The notes under the pieces are model-generated. The model did not search any database. It saw only the letters and a program-made list of their open reading frames with translations, and was not told the DNA's origin. DNA of 64,000 bases from Vulcanimicrobiota bacterium (GTDB taxonomy: Bacteria; Vulcanimicrobiota; Vulcanimicrobiia; Vulcanimicrobiales; Vulcanimicrobiaceae): NCBI GenBank assembly GCA_963786105.1, contig CAWAXX010000023.1:64001-128000 (forward strand). Reading direction: 5' to 3'. Positions 46,477-56,108 of the stretch are shown here, piece after piece. The position numbers and the translations under genes are program-made. Position 1 is the first letter of the stretch, and every line of letters begins with the position of its first letter.

Positions 46477-48381
46477 CTAGGCCGGGAGCCGTTCGGACGG
46501 TCCGCCGGCGTCCGTCTTGAGCGCTCTGACGTTGTAGATGGCGATGGGCCGGTTTTTGCCCTTCACCGTGACCGGTTCGAGCGGTTCGACCTCGACGATG
46601 GCGTGGCACTCCGCATACGTCGTCTCGCTGATGATGATTTCGCCGCCTTTAGCAACGTTGTAGAGACGGGCGGCGACGTTCACGTTATCGCCGATCACCG
46701 TGTAGTTCATCCGCGAGGTCGCGCCGAGGTTGCCCATGACCACCTCGCCGGTGTTTACCCCCATCCCGACGCTGAACTCTTTCTTGCCGGCAGACTTCCA
46801 GCGCGCGCTCAGTTCGAGAATTTTCTCTTGTTGCTTGACCGCCGACACGACCGCGTTGCGTGCGTCGTCCGGGGTTTGGTAGGGTGCCGAGAAGACCGCC
46901 ATGACGCAATCGCCGATAAATTTGTCGACGTACCCTCCGTACGCAAAGACGATCTTGCACATTTCTTCGAAATACTCGTTGAGCTGGTCGTAGATCTCCT
47001 CCGGAGACATCGTTTCGCTCATCGCCGTGAAGCCGCGGATGTCGCTGTAAAAGATCGTCGCCTTCACACGTTTGCCGTGCAGTGCGAGCGTCCCGCGGGG
47101 GTCGTCTTGTTTGAGAATATCCGCCACGATCGCCGGGCTGACGTGCATGCCGAATAGGTTGGTGACCATGCGGCGCGCAGAAGCCTCGCTGACGAGGCGG
47201 TAGGCCGCGACAAACGCCGCGCTCAAGAGCATGGCCAACCCTACGTGCACGAGATCGAGCCAATACAAGCGCGTGACGAACAGCCAGAAATTAAGGTAGG
47301 CGTACGCGAGGGCGGCCACCAGAGAAAACGCGATCGCCACGCTCGTGCGTACGAGCAGAAATCCGAGCGCCAACATCAGCGGCAGCGAGATCACCAGCGC
47401 GACGTCGAGCCACCGCGGTGCCGGAGTCAGGAAATATCCGCGCATGAGCTGATCGCTCAAGCGTGCGTTGACGAACAAACCCGGGACGCGCCCGCGCCCG
47501 GGAGTCGTCACAAAATCTCCGAGGTCTTGCGCGGTCGCGCCGATGAAGACGAGCGCCCCTCCGGCGAACGGGCGAAGATCGGCGGGTTTGCTCGCGATTG
47601 CGTCCGACAGCGAGACGACGCCGCGGCCCGCAAAAGCTTGCGTGTACACTTGGGTTCCAGTCGCCAAATCCTGGTGGGCGGCGACTTTCGGCGGCAGAAG
47701 AAGGACCCGCCCATCGTCGTCTTTTGGTATCGCGGCCGCATCAACCGGCCGTCCGTCGAACGTTGCGACCGCGGCGGCCGCTAATGCGTGAAGCCGCTCG
47801 TTGGCATGCACGCCTTGGGCGGCCGTGTCGATTTCCATTGGCTGGCCAATGAAATATCCGCCCGGCGTATCGAATGCCTCAAAGCCGATGGCTTTGGCCG
47901 CGCGCTGCAACGCCGGCACGGGGCGTTCCTCGCCGATCCGTCCGTTCGATGTCGTATTGAGCGGAAATGCGAGGACCGTCGGCGTCCGTTGCATTGCCGC
48001 AGCCAGGGCGGCATCCTGCGACCGGTCTTTACTCGGTTCCAAAAAATCGATATCGAAGGCGACGGTTCTCGCTCCGGCGGCCTTGAGTTTGTCCAGGAGC
48101 GTGCCGTACACGCTGCGCGGAAGCGGAAACCCCATTTTTCGATAGGTCGCGTCGTCGATGGAGACGATCGCCAAATTCGGATTCGCGGTATCGTCGTACG
48201 CGGGGTGTCCGAAACCCAAGTGGCCGGCTGCGTCGAGGGCGCTGAAGTGGGCCGCTAAATCGGCGATGCGGTTGGCGACCGGCAGCGTCGTCAGTGGGAG
48301 CGTGACTAGAAGCGCGCCGACGGCACTTGCGACGCCTCCCAAGAGCAGCGTGACGATCAGCGCTCTCAGCCGCGCCGGCAC
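46477..48381 (-). CDS. CHASE2-domain adenylate/guanylate cyclase
   Basis: IVSIDD, VAFDIDF, IGATA..LGD...TP, three TMs, SDIRGFT, DKFIGD, YTVIGDNVNVAARL. Confidence 0.93.
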   Translation of the reverse strand: MPARLRALIVTLLLGGVASAVGALLVTLPLTTLPVANRIADLAAHFSALDAAGHLGFGHPAYDDTANPNLAIVSIDDATYRKMGFPLPRSVYGTLLDKLKAAGARTVAFDIDFLEPSKDRSQDAALAAAMQRTPTVLAFPLNTTSNGRIGEERPVPALQRAAKAIGFEAFDTPGGYFIGQPMEIDTAAQGVHANERLHALAAAAVATFDGRPVDAAAIPKDDDGRVLLLPPKVAAHQDLATGTQVYTQAFAGRGVVSLSDAIASKPADLRPFAGGALVFIGATAQDLGDFVTTPGRGRVPGLFVNARLSDQLMRGYFLTPAPRWLDVALVISLPLMLALGFLLVRTSVAIAFSLVAALAYAYLNFWLFVTRLYWLDLVHVGLAMLLSAAFVAAYRLVSEASARRMVTNLFGMHVSPAIVADILKQDDPRGTLALHGKRVKATIFYSDIRGFTAMSETMSPEEIYDQLNEYFEEMCKIVFAYGGYVDKFIGDCVMAVFSAPYQTPDDARNAVVSAVKQQEKILELSARWKSAGKKEFSVGMGVNTGEVVMGNLGATSRMNYTVIGDNVNVAARLYNVAKGGEIIISETTYAECHAIVEVEPLEPVTVKGKNRPIAIYNVRALKTDAGGPSERLPA

Positions 48382-48389
48382 GCTAGCGC

Positions 48390-48950
48390 CTAACTCGAAC
48401 GCCCGATATAGCGGCGATCGCGCGTGTCGATGCGGATGACGTTGCCGCTTTCGACGAAGAGCGGCACTTGCACGGTCGCCCCGGTCTCGAGCTTAGCCGG
48501 CTTGGTGGTATTGGTTGCGGTGTCCCCTCGAAATCCCGGGTCGGTGTCGACGATTTTCAACTCGACGTGTGCCGGCAAGTCCACGCCGATCGGAATGCCG
48601 TCGTGAAACTGAACGTCCACCACCATGCCGTCTCTGAGGAAGTCGGCCGGTTCGCCGATGAGGTCGCGCCCGATCGTGACGTTTTCAAACGTTTCCTGAT
48701 CCATGAAGTGATAACCGTCGGAGTCGTTATAGAGCATCTGCATTTGCCGGTTGTCGACGGTCGCTCGCTCGAGTTTCTCGCCGGCGCGGAACGTGCGTTC
48801 GAGAGTCGTACCGGTTCGCACGTTCTTCATGCGGGTGCGCACGAAGGCCGATCCTTTGCCCGGTTTGACGTGAAGGAACTCGATGACGGTCCACAGCTGG
48901 CCGTCCACGACGATAGTGACGCCGTTACGGAGGTCGTTCGACGAGATCAT
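48390..48950 (-). CDS. efp: Elongation factor P
   Basis: HVKPGKGSAFVR, PGFRGDT, KPAKLETG, VPLF. Confidence 0.97.
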   Translation of the reverse strand: MISSNDLRNGVTIVVDGQLWTVIEFLHVKPGKGSAFVRTRMKNVRTGTTLERTFRAGEKLERATVDNRQMQMLYNDSDGYHFMDQETFENVTIGRDLIGEPADFLRDGMVVDVQFHDGIPIGVDLPAHVELKIVDTDPGFRGDTATNTTKPAKLETGATVQVPLFVESGNVIRIDTRDRRYIGRSS

Positions 48951-48999
48951 GACTTCGCGTGATACGGGCCGCGCCTGCGCAAGCCCTATCGGCTCTCCC

Positions 49000-49605
49000 T
49001 CAACGCTTAAACAAACGGATGGGGCCTTCGGTCCCGGCCCGAAGCCGGGCGATGTTTTCGTGGTGCGTATATATGACGAGAAACGCGGCAAAGACGCCGT
49101 ACAGCGCGAAGGCCGGCGATCCGGTAAATAACCACAGCGCAATCGGTGCCAGTACGCTGCCGAGCATGGATCCGACCGACGAGTACCGCGTCAGCAGCGC
49201 GCCGAGGATCCAGCCGCCGACGGCGACCAGACCGGCGGGCCAGCTCAGCCCGAAGATCGCGCCAAAGGACGTGGCGACACCCTTTCCGCCGCGCCAGCCC
49301 AACCATGGGGAGAAGCAGTGTCCCAGAACCGCGGCGGCCGCGGCGATCGCTTCGAGACTTTGCGAACCGCGGAAGTACGTCGCGGCGACAAAGACGGGAG
49401 CGAAGCCTTTGAGCGCGTCCAGCACGAGCACGGCAGCCCCGCCGCCTTTCCCCAGCGTGCGCAACGCGTTCATCGCGCCGATGTTGCCCGAGCCGGCCGC
49501 GCGAAGATCGGTGCGGTAGAAAAAACGGCCGATGAGGAAACCGAATGGCACCGAGCCGATCAGAAAAGCAACGACGATAACCGCCGCGGCGAGCGCGCCC
49601 GTCAT
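49000..49605 (-). CDS. plsY: Glycerol-3-phosphate acyltransferase
   Basis: GSVPFG, GSGNIGAMN, DALKG, GHCFS, GGKGVAT, HHENIARL..GTE. Confidence 0.96.
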   Translation of the reverse strand: MTGALAAAVIVVAFLIGSVPFGFLIGRFFYRTDLRAAGSGNIGAMNALRTLGKGGGAAVLVLDALKGFAPVFVAATYFRGSQSLEAIAAAAAVLGHCFSPWLGWRGGKGVATSFGAIFGLSWPAGLVAVGGWILGALLTRYSSVGSMLGSVLAPIALWLFTGSPAFALYGVFAAFLVIYTHHENIARLRAGTEGPIRLFKR

Positions 49606-50955
49606 TCGGCGCGCTCGCGTTCCCGATGCGGGCGAAACTCGAGCGTCAGCGGTACGCCTTCGAAATCGAAATGCTGACGGATCACGTTTTCCAGGAAACG
49701 CCGGTAGTGCGGCTGGAGCAGGTCGGGATCGTTGCACGAGAAGACGAAGACCGGCGGATGCGTCGCCGGCTGCGAGACGTAGTAGACTTTGAAGAGCTTT
49801 CCGCCCATCGCCGGCGCCGGATGCGCGAGCACCGCGTCGCGAATCACGGAGTTTAGCTGCGGCGTCGGGACGCGCCGGTCGAGATTTTCGCTGACGTGAT
49901 TGACGACCGGCATCAAACTGCCTAATCGGCGATGCGTTTTGGCCGACAGAAACGTAACCGGAGCGAAACGAGCGAACGGAATGAGATCGCCGATGACGCG
50001 CGTGAGCTCGCCCTGACTGAACTCACCTTGCTCGCGGACCAGATCCCACTTGTTGCCGACGAGTATCAGCCCCTTGCGCTCCTCGATGGCCAGTCCCGCG
50101 AGGCGCCGATCCTGGGCCGTGACGCCGATCATCGCATCGAAGACCAGCAGTGCAATGTCGCACCTAGCGATCGCTTTGAGGGAGCGAAGCGCCGCGTAAT
50201 AGGCGATGGCGCCATGCGCTTCGGGCTTCTTGTGCACGCCGGCCGTGTCGATCAAGCGCAGAGTACGTCCGTGCCAAACCAAAATCGTATCGACGGCATC
50301 GCGGGTCGTGCCGGGAATTTCGGAAACGAGCGTGCGTTCCTCGCCCAGGAGCGCGTTGAGCAGCGAACTCTTTCCGACGTTCGGCCGGCCGATGATGGCG
50401 AGAGCGAGCTCGCCTTCGACTCCGGCGTCGGGAGCTTGCGGCGGGAGCAGCTCGACGATACGGTCGAGCAGATCCCCGGTGCCTTCGCCGTGCAGGGCCG
50501 AAACGGCAACCGGCCCGCCGAATCCGAGTTTCGCAAATTCTGCATGGATCGACGTCGATGCGGCCGGGGACTCGGCTTTGTTGGCGACCAGAACCATCGG
50601 GCGGCGTTTGCGCCGGAGAATGGTGCCGACGTCTTCGTCGAGAGGATGGAGACCGGTTTGCGCGTCGACGACGAAAACGACGACGTCCGCCTCCGCGGCC
50701 GCCGCTTCCGCTTGCCGGCGCGTGACGTCGGAGAATCCGGCCCCGTCCACCGTGCTTGCGTCCGGGATCGATGCCGGCCGTGTCGACGATGCTGAAAACT
50801 CGCCCGCGCCAATCGCAAAGTGCGTAGAGCCGGTCGCGGGTAACGCCAGGGGTATCCTCTACGATCGCCAGACGTTGCCCGATCAAACGGTTGAAGAGGG
50901 CGCTCTTTCCGACGTTCGGCCGGCCGACGACGGCGACGGTCGCCGGTCGCAGCAT
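49602..50955 (-). CDS. der: Ribosome biogenesis GTPase Der, split by a frameshift near 50765
   Basis: GRPNVGKS...DTAG lies in one frame; VVD/NKAE, the second [16 protein letters not shown] and the KH-like domain lie in another. Alternative GTG start at 50991. Confidence 0.93.
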
Positions 50956-51074
50956 CTTTCCGTCGATCGCCGGATCATCTTGTATATGCACGGGGTCCCC
51001 TACTTCGGACTTCCCGCAGGCGGCACCCATCGGGCCGGAAGACGTGGGGCTCGGCTCGAATCCGAGGTTCCTTC

Positions 51075-52475
51075 ATGGCCAGCGTCTACATCGAAACCTT
51101 CGGATGCCAGATGAACGAAGCCGATTCGCAGTATATCGCGGATCGCGCGGTTTCGGCCGGATACGTCATAGCCGGGAAGCCCGAAGAAGCAAACGTCGTG
51201 CTGCTCAATACCTGCACGGTTCGCGACAACGCCGAGCGGCGAGCGTACGGGCGCATGAATCACTTCAAGCTGCTCAAAGACGCCGATCCGGGGGTGCGGT
51301 TGGTGGTAATGGGGTGTTTGGCCGAACAGGACCGCGATCGAATGCGCACGCTCGCGCCGCACGTCGACGCCGTCTTCGGTACCAAGGAGCTCGCTCAACT
51401 CGGAGACCAGCTCGCGGCTTGGCAGCCGGCTTTTTCCGAGGACGTAGATTTCGCCGACGACCGCGCGCTGACGATACAACTCGGCGGGACGGCCGACGCG
51501 GTCGCGGATGCCTTTTCACACGTGCGCGCGTTCGTCAACGTTCAGCGTGGCTGTTCGTATTATTGTACCTTTTGCATCGTGCCGCACGTTCGCGGTCGTT
51601 TCGATCACCGTCCTCTCAAGGCGATCCTTGGCGACGTCGAAGCGAAGATTGCCGCCGGCGCGCGGGAAGTGATGCTGGTCGGACAGACGGTCAACGCCTG
51701 GAACGACCCGGCGGCCGGCGCCGACTTCGGCGATCTATGCCGTGCCGTATCGCGACTGGCGGGACTGGAACGGCTCACGTTCATTTCTCCGCATCCCAAG
51801 GACTTCACGGAAAAAATCGTCGCCGACCTCGCCGGCGTAGCCGCGCTCAATCCACGTATCCATCTGCCGATCCAATCGGCCAGCGATCCGGTTCTGCGCC
51901 GAATGAACCGAAAGTATACCGCCGCGCAGTTCCGCGAGAAAGTGGATCTCGTGCGGCGTTACTTGCCGCATTGGGCGATTACGACCGACATCATCGTCGG
52001 GTTTCCGGGCGAAACGGATGAGGATTTCGAGCGCACCCTCGAGTACGTGCGGTCCGGCGTTTTCGCGAACGCCTTTACGTTCATGTACTCGATCCGGCGC
52101 GGAACGCCGGCCGCCCTGTGGGAGCAGGTACCGCACGACGTTGCGACGGCGCGCTTTGCGAGGCTCGTCGACGCGCAAAACGCGGTGACGCGAGCGTACC
52201 ACGATGCGAAAATCGGCACGGTCGTTCGCGCGCTCATTGTTGGCCCCTCGAAGAAAGACCCCAGCAAACTGGCCGCAAAAACCCTCGACAACGTGACGGT
52301 TATCGGCGCGATGCCCGACGATTACGACGAACGCCTTTACGCGCGCGAACCTTGGCTCGACGTGGCGATCGAAAAGGCGCACGTTTGGGGCTGTACCGGC
52401 AGGATCCTAAGGCGCGCCGCTGCCTACGCGGCGCGGGGCGCCGACGTGCATCCCCCGCTCGTAAGCCTTCTCTAA
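51075..52475 (+). CDS. miaB: tRNA-i6A37 methylthiotransferase
   Basis: TFGCQMNEADS, NTCTVR, GC, CSYYCTFC, HLPIQS, IIVGFPGET. Confidence 0.95.
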   Translation: MASVYIETFGCQMNEADSQYIADRAVSAGYVIAGKPEEANVVLLNTCTVRDNAERRAYGRMNHFKLLKDADPGVRLVVMGCLAEQDRDRMRTLAPHVDAVFGTKELAQLGDQLAAWQPAFSEDVDFADDRALTIQLGGTADAVADAFSHVRAFVNVQRGCSYYCTFCIVPHVRGRFDHRPLKAILGDVEAKIAAGAREVMLVGQTVNAWNDPAAGADFGDLCRAVSRLAGLERLTFISPHPKDFTEKIVADLAGVAALNPRIHLPIQSASDPVLRRMNRKYTAAQFREKVDLVRRYLPHWAITTDIIVGFPGETDEDFERTLEYVRSGVFANAFTFMYSIRRGTPAALWEQVPHDVATARFARLVDAQNAVTRAYHDAKIGTVVRALIVGPSKKDPSKLAAKTLDNVTVIGAMPDDYDERLYAREPWLDVAIEKAHVWGCTGRILRRAAAYAARGADVHPPLVSLL

Positions 52476-52532
52476 TGCTCCAGGCGAAGGCGCGACAGGA
52501 ACGCGAGCCGCTTGCTCGGGAACGATGGGACG

Positions 52533-53561
52533 ATGATGGTTGTGCGGGGGTTTCTGGCGGCATCGCTCGTCGCGTCTTTTGCGGCGTGCAGCGGGAGCCC
52601 GACGCCGTCCGTGCCGGTGACGCCTTCCGGCGGCTCGAGCGCGCGTGCGCGTGCGGCGAACGCGGCATCCTCCAACCCGGAATTCGTTGGCTTTTGGGAG
52701 TCGTGGTCGGACACGAACCGCCTGGACGCCTTTTATAAGCTGGCGACGGTGCCGCCGCAGGTGACGACCGTCGACGTCGCCTTCAGTATCGCCGACGGCA
52801 ACCAAATCTCCGATCCGCAAAACACCTACCCGCTCCGTCCGGGCGCCCGTCGCATCCACGCGCGCGGTGGCAAAGTGTTGTTCTCCTTCGGCGGCGCGAC
52901 GTCGGACTTCAACATTACCGATCCGAAGGCGTTCGTCAGCAATCTGAAAGCTTACCTCAAAACCCATCCGGGCATTTACGACGGCTTCGATTTCGATGAC
53001 GAGGTGATGCAAACGCGCACGAACGGGCGCCAACAGCTTATCGACGTTCTTGAAGCGACGCGCGCGGCGTTTCCGAGCGCGATCATCAGCTTCGACGCCG
53101 ACTCCGCCGGCGCCGATCCGCAGGTCGATCTGCCGAACTATTCCGGCGAAGACCGGCTGATCCTCAAGAAAGCCGGGGGAGCGATCGACTACGTCAACGT
53201 GATGGATTACGATCAATTCGGCTGGAAGCCATCGACCAACCCAAAGTGCACGTATACCCCCGGCTCACAAGACGATTGCTATCTCGACATCATGCGAGAG
53301 TTCGCCAACGTGCCGGTAGGCGGCGGCAAGACGTTCCCCAAAGACAAAATCGTGATGGGCCTCATGATCGGTCAAGCCGACGACCGTGCGTTTCTCAAGC
53401 CGCAAGACTGCGCCGGGTACGCCACCTGGGTCGACGCGAACGCTTATCGTGGAGTCATGATCTGGGACCTCGATCTCGACAACCCGCAGGCGCCGATGAA
53501 CGGCACCGGCTACCCGAAAGGCACCTACGTCAAGGCAATTAGCGGCGCCCTCGGAACCTGA
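52533..53561 (+). CDS. Glycoside hydrolase family 18 (chitinase-like) lipoprotein
   Basis: Lipobox FAAC, SFGG, DGFDFDDE (DxDxE), VMDYD, GVMIW. Confidence 0.88.
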   Translation: MMVVRGFLAASLVASFAACSGSPTPSVPVTPSGGSSARARAANAASSNPEFVGFWESWSDTNRLDAFYKLATVPPQVTTVDVAFSIADGNQISDPQNTYPLRPGARRIHARGGKVLFSFGGATSDFNITDPKAFVSNLKAYLKTHPGIYDGFDFDDEVMQTRTNGRQQLIDVLEATRAAFPSAIISFDADSAGADPQVDLPNYSGEDRLILKKAGGAIDYVNVMDYDQFGWKPSTNPKCTYTPGSQDDCYLDIMREFANVPVGGGKTFPKDKIVMGLMIGQADDRAFLKPQDCAGYATWVDANAYRGVMIWDLDLDNPQAPMNGTGYPKGTYVKAISGALGT

Positions 53562-53587
53562 GCTCCTGTGAGCGGGACTAAGCTCGC

Positions 53588-56092
53588 GTGAGCGGGAGCG
53601 CCGCCAAGTATTCACCGATGCTCGAGCAGTACTTCGGGATGAAAGGTAAGCATCCCGAAGCGATTCTGCTATCGCGCGTCGGCGACTTCTACGAAGCCTA
53701 TGGCGAAGACGCGGAAACTATCGCCCGCGCGCTGCAGATCGCGTTGACCAGCAAGGAAGCCGGCAGTGGACGGCGCGTTGCCATGGCCGGGGTGCCGCAC
53801 CATGCGCTCGCGCAGTACCTCGCGCGCTTGGTCGCGCAACGCTTCATCGTCGCTTTGGCCGAGCAGCTCGAGGTCGCGCAGCCCAACAAGCTGGTGCGAC
53901 GGGAAGTCGTACGTTTGGTGACACCTGGAACGCTCATCGAAGACCATTTGCTTGACGGCAAGCAGAACAACTACTTGGCGGCGATTACGGCGATCGAAAG
54001 CACTTTGGCACTGGCATATGCCGACGTTTCGACGGGTTTCTGCGCGGCAACGGCTCTTTCGGGCGAATCCGCCTACGACGAGTTACTCGCCGAGCTGGGA
54101 CGCGTCGGTCCGGCCGAAATCGTTGCCGACGTTCCCGCCGATCTCCGCGCGATGATGTCGCCGGCGACCGAAGCGCTGGGCGCGCGCCTCGCGGCACCGG
54201 CGTTGGGTATCGTCGAGTCGCGGGCGCGCGGGACGCTCGACGGTTTTTCCCACGACGAATCGCTGGCGGTTCATCGCGCTCTGGACGCGCTTGGCGCCTT
54301 CGTCAAACGAACGGGCGTTGCAAATGCCCTGCGATCGGCCGACGCCGGTGATGGGTTGCGCCGGCCGGAGCTGTACCGGCGACAAGCGTTCCTAGCGCTC
54401 GATCCGGCGACCCGAAAACATCTCGAACTCGTTCGTCCGCAAGGGCAAAATCCGCGCGCGACGCTGCTCGCTACCCTCGATCGATGCGCGACGTCGATGG
54501 GCTCGCGAATGCTCGCGCGGTGGATCCTGGCGCCGTTGGTGGATCGCGAGAAGTTGATCGAGCGGCAAGATGCGGTCGACGTGCTGCTCGGCGAACACGC
54601 GCGCCGCGACGCCGTCCGCGAGCTGTTGAAAGGATGCTTCGATCTCGAACGCATCGCGCAGAAGGTGCGCTTTCGCCGGGCGAGCCCTCGCGATCTGGCA
54701 TCGTTGCGGCGAACGCTCGAGGGTCTGCGGCCGATTCGGCAGGTCGCTCCAGGGGCTCTCGAGCCGCTGCTGGACCGCATTGCGGATTTTTCCGGGCTGC
54801 TGGACGATTTGCGGCGGACCCTCGTCGACGATCCGCCAGCGTTGCTTGGCGATGGAGGCGCCATTCGGCCGGACGCGGATGCGGAACTCGCGGATTGCGT
54901 TACGCTGCGCACCGACGCCCGGTCGAAGCTCTCCGAACTCGAAGAGCGCGAACGGGAACGCACCGGCATCAAAACGCTTAAAGTAAAATACGCGAGCGCC
55001 TTCGGTTATGCGATCGAAGTAAGCAAGAACCATACCGGAAACGTGCCGGCCGACTACGTTCGCAAGCAGACGCTCACGACGGGCGAGCGTTACGTCACCC
55101 CGGAGCTTAAGGAACTCGAGCTGGCCATTTCGACGGCTCAAACGCGCCAAGAACGGATCGAACGGCGCCTCTTCGACGCGCTGCTCGATCGCGTTGCAGC
55201 GCGCACCGACGAGCTGCTGCTCGCCGCCGACGCCATCGCCGAGATCGACGTTTTTGCGTCGCTGGCGCAGTGCGCCGCGGAGCGCGGCTACGTTCGGCCT
55301 AGGTTCGTCGACGAAAGCATCGTCACCATCGAAGGGGGTCGTCACCCGGTCATCGACGCGATGTTACCGGCGAGCTTCGTCCCCAACGACCTCACTCTAC
55401 GCAGCGGCGATCATCGTTTCATTTTGCTCACCGGTCCCAACATGGGCGGGAAATCGACGTATCTTCGTCAAGCTGGGCTGCTGACGATCGTCGCGCAAAT
55501 CGGCTCGTTCGTGCCGGCAAAGTCGATGTCGCTGGGTATCGTAGATCGAATCTTTACGCGAATCGGCGCCGGCGACGATCTCGCTTCCGGACAGTCGACG
55601 TTTTACTTGGAGATGGCCGAAGCGGCCAATATCCTACGGCGCAGTACGCACCGTTCGCTGCTCTTGATCGACGAAGTCGGCCGCGGAACGGGGACCCTGG
55701 ACGGCCTTTCGATCGCGCAGGCGATCTGCGAGTTTCTTCTTGGTCTCGAGCGGCACGCGCCGATGGTGCTATTTGCAACGCACTTTCACGAGCTCTGCGC
55801 CCTGACCGAGCATTGGAACCTCGTCGCGAACTACCATATCACCGCGGTCGAGAATACTGCGCGCGGCGGCGCGCCGGTGTTCTCGCATCGCGTTCAGCCC
55901 GGAAGCTCGTCGCGTTCGTTTGGTATCGAAGTTGCGCGTATGGCCGGGTTGCCGCCGCTCGTCATCGAACGCGCGCAGGAGATCGCCGACGCCCTCTCCG
56001 GGCAAACCGACGTGGAAGCGCGGGTGCCGCTGCGCAAGAGCGTGTCGAACCAGCCGACGCCCGAGCGCCAACTCTCATTCCTGGGCCCGTAA
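53588..56092 (+). CDS. mutS: DNA mismatch repair protein MutS
   Basis: SPMLEQY, GDFYE, TGPNMGGKST, GQSTF, DEVGRGT, SFGIEVA. Confidence 0.97.
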   Translation: MSGSAAKYSPMLEQYFGMKGKHPEAILLSRVGDFYEAYGEDAETIARALQIALTSKEAGSGRRVAMAGVPHHALAQYLARLVAQRFIVALAEQLEVAQPNKLVRREVVRLVTPGTLIEDHLLDGKQNNYLAAITAIESTLALAYADVSTGFCAATALSGESAYDELLAELGRVGPAEIVADVPADLRAMMSPATEALGARLAAPALGIVESRARGTLDGFSHDESLAVHRALDALGAFVKRTGVANALRSADAGDGLRRPELYRRQAFLALDPATRKHLELVRPQGQNPRATLLATLDRCATSMGSRMLARWILAPLVDREKLIERQDAVDVLLGEHARRDAVRELLKGCFDLERIAQKVRFRRASPRDLASLRRTLEGLRPIRQVAPGALEPLLDRIADFSGLLDDLRRTLVDDPPALLGDGGAIRPDADAELADCVTLRTDARSKLSELEERERERTGIKTLKVKYASAFGYAIEVSKNHTGNVPADYVRKQTLTTGERYVTPELKELELAISTAQTRQERIERRLFDALLDRVAARTDELLLAADAIAEIDVFASLAQCAAERGYVRPRFVDESIVTIEGGRHPVIDAMLPASFVPNDLTLRSGDHRFILLTGPNMGGKSTYLRQAGLLTIVAQIGSFVPAKSMSLGIVDRIFTRIGAGDDLASGQSTFYLEMAEAANILRRSTHRSLLLIDEVGRGTGTLDGLSIAQAICEFLLGLERHAPMVLFATHFHELCALTEHWNLVANYHITAVENTARGGAPVFSHRVQPGSSSRSFGIEVARMAGLPPLVIERAQEIADALSGQTDVEARVPLRKSVSNQPTPERQLSFLGP

Positions 56093-56108
56093 GGAAGAGG
56101 ATCCAAAG

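Noticed and set aside
49602..50955. der as a true pseudogene
   Set aside because: A single indel with all motifs otherwise intact in a normally essential gene; an artefact or recoding is more plausible than decay.
51040..51070. tRNA T-arm-like ctcgaatcc (also gttcgaatccc near 39441)
   Set aside because: No cloverleaf can be built; the second instance is inside a dppA CDS.
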